Positions 38,408 through 39,477 of a stretch of 39,477 bases of DNA are shown one piece after another. The stretch covers positions 1,749,722-1,789,198 of the forward strand of contig CP070836.1 in assembly GCA_020341795.1 (NCBI GenBank), in the 5' to 3' direction. The stretch comes from Thermoplasmatales archaeon. Its GTDB lineage: Archaea; Thermoplasmatota; E2; DHVEG-1. The notes below the pieces were generated by a model that searched no databases, had not been told where the DNA came from, and saw only the letters and a list, made by a program, of their open reading frames with translations. How positions within the stretch are numbered: position 1 is the stretch's first letter; the number at the start of each line of letters is the position of its first letter. A program made the position numbers and the translations under genes.

Positions 38408-39477
38408 ATGAAACTAAGATCTGTTTTTAAAAAAATAAAAGAAGGAAATACAATTTTTTATGTATTTAGTTATAAAAAAAAAGATAAAGGACCTGGGAAT
38501 AAGTCTGATGCTCCTTTTTATAATCCTGCGATGGAATTGAATCGTGATCTCTCTGTTATTTTATGTCAATGGTTTATTAATAATAATAAGAAAAATTTAA
38601 GATTTGTCGATGGTCTTGCAGCATCTGGCGTTAGAGGTTTTAGACTTGCAAATGAACTCGAGGGAGATTTTAAAATAATAATAAATGATTGGGATTTAAA
38701 TGCTTTTGATCTTATCAAAAAGAATTTTGAAAGTTATAATTATAATAATGTGTTAATTTCAAATGAAGACTTTAACGTCCTTTTATCGGGGGGCAATTTC
38801 GATTATATTGATATCGATCCTTTTGGAAGTCCAGTATATTATATTGATTCAGCAATGAGAAGTATTAAACATAATGGAATTGTTGCTTGTACTGCAACTG
38901 ATACTGCAACACTCTGTGGAGTCTATCCAAAGGTATGTTTTCGCCGATATGCAGCGGTACCTTTTCATTCAAATGCCATGAAAGAGGTAGGTCTTAGGAT
39001 TTTGCTTGGTTTTATTTGTAGAACTGCCGGAATATACGATAAAGCAATTGAACCAATAGTTACTTACACTTCTGATCATTATTTTCGAGTTTATGTTAAA
39101 ATTAGTAATAGCGTTGGACGAACTAATGAATCAATGAAAAACTTTCAGACTATCAAATCAGGAGAATTAATAGGATATGAAAAAACAAAAAAAGATACAG
39201 GGCCACTTTGGATGGGAAAACTTCAAAATGAAAGAATCATAAAAGAACTAATAACTATTCTTTTTAAAAAAGATATTGGAAAGAAAAATCAATTATGGAA
39301 GCTTCTTGATATGTTAGAAGAAGAATCTAACTCACCTGCTTTTTTTTTTACAACAGATGGCTTGGGATCTTACTTTAATAAATCACCTCCTAAAATGAGT
39401 ACATTATTTGAAAAAATTAAATCAAAAGATTATAATATAAGCCGAACACATTTTAGCCAAACAGGTTTTAAAACAAA
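38408..39477 (+). CDS. trm1: tRNA (guanine26-N2)-dimethyltransferase, runs off window end
   Basis: Manual translation gives FYNPAMELNRDLS, DGLAASGVRG, IDIDPFGSP, TATDTA, EVGLR and GPLW; not in the ORF track because there is no stop in the window. Confidence 0.95.
   Translation, partial: MKLRSVFKKIKEGNTIFYVFSYKKKDKGPGNKSDAPFYNPAMELNRDLSVILCQWFINNNKKNLRFVDGLAASGVRGFRLANELEGDFKIIINDWDLNAFDLIKKNFESYNYNNVLISNEDFNVLLSGGNFDYIDIDPFGSPVYYIDSAMRSIKHNGIVACTATDTATLCGVYPKVCFRRYAAVPFHSNAMKEVGLRILLGFICRTAGIYDKAIEPIVTYTSDHYFRVYVKISNSVGRTNESMKNFQTIKSGELIGYEKTKKDTGPLWMGKLQNERIIKELITILFKKDIGKKNQLWKLLDMLEEESNSPAFFFTTDGLGSYFNKSPPKMSTLFEKIKSKDYNISRTHFSQTGFKT

Noticed and set aside
1-39477. CRISPR array, rRNA or intact IS element
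   Set aside because: No regularly spaced repeats, long GC-rich rRNA-like tract or transposase motifs seen

Overview
AT-rich archaeal chromosome segment. A Thermoplasmatota-like origin is inferred from gene content and protein style, not from a search. About 1-5.6 kb is an accessory, partly decayed region: GNAT tail, CDF transporter, ICMT-like and MTHFSD-like genes, a truncated tyrosine integrase next to tRNA-Cys(GCA), and an E2-acyltransferase-like pseudogene. The rest is mostly core. It includes rhomboid and presenilin proteases, a CaCA antiporter, dph5, a HerA-like ATPase with an endonuclease-III-type [4Fe-4S] tail, rps12-rps7-EF2, and MCM, SRP RNA and PolD (DP1/DP2). It also has thyX, a 10-gene Mrp/Mbh membrane-arm operon with no hydrogenase subunits, a B12 radical SAM gene, an archaeosortase-psd-pssA operon, an NTPase and partial trm1. 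Top finding: the SRP RNA gene sits ~20 nt after a small membrane-protein gene and is closed by a canonical bulge-helix-bulge motif. This predicts excision, and possibly circularisation, by the tRNA splicing machinery from an mRNA-containing precursor.
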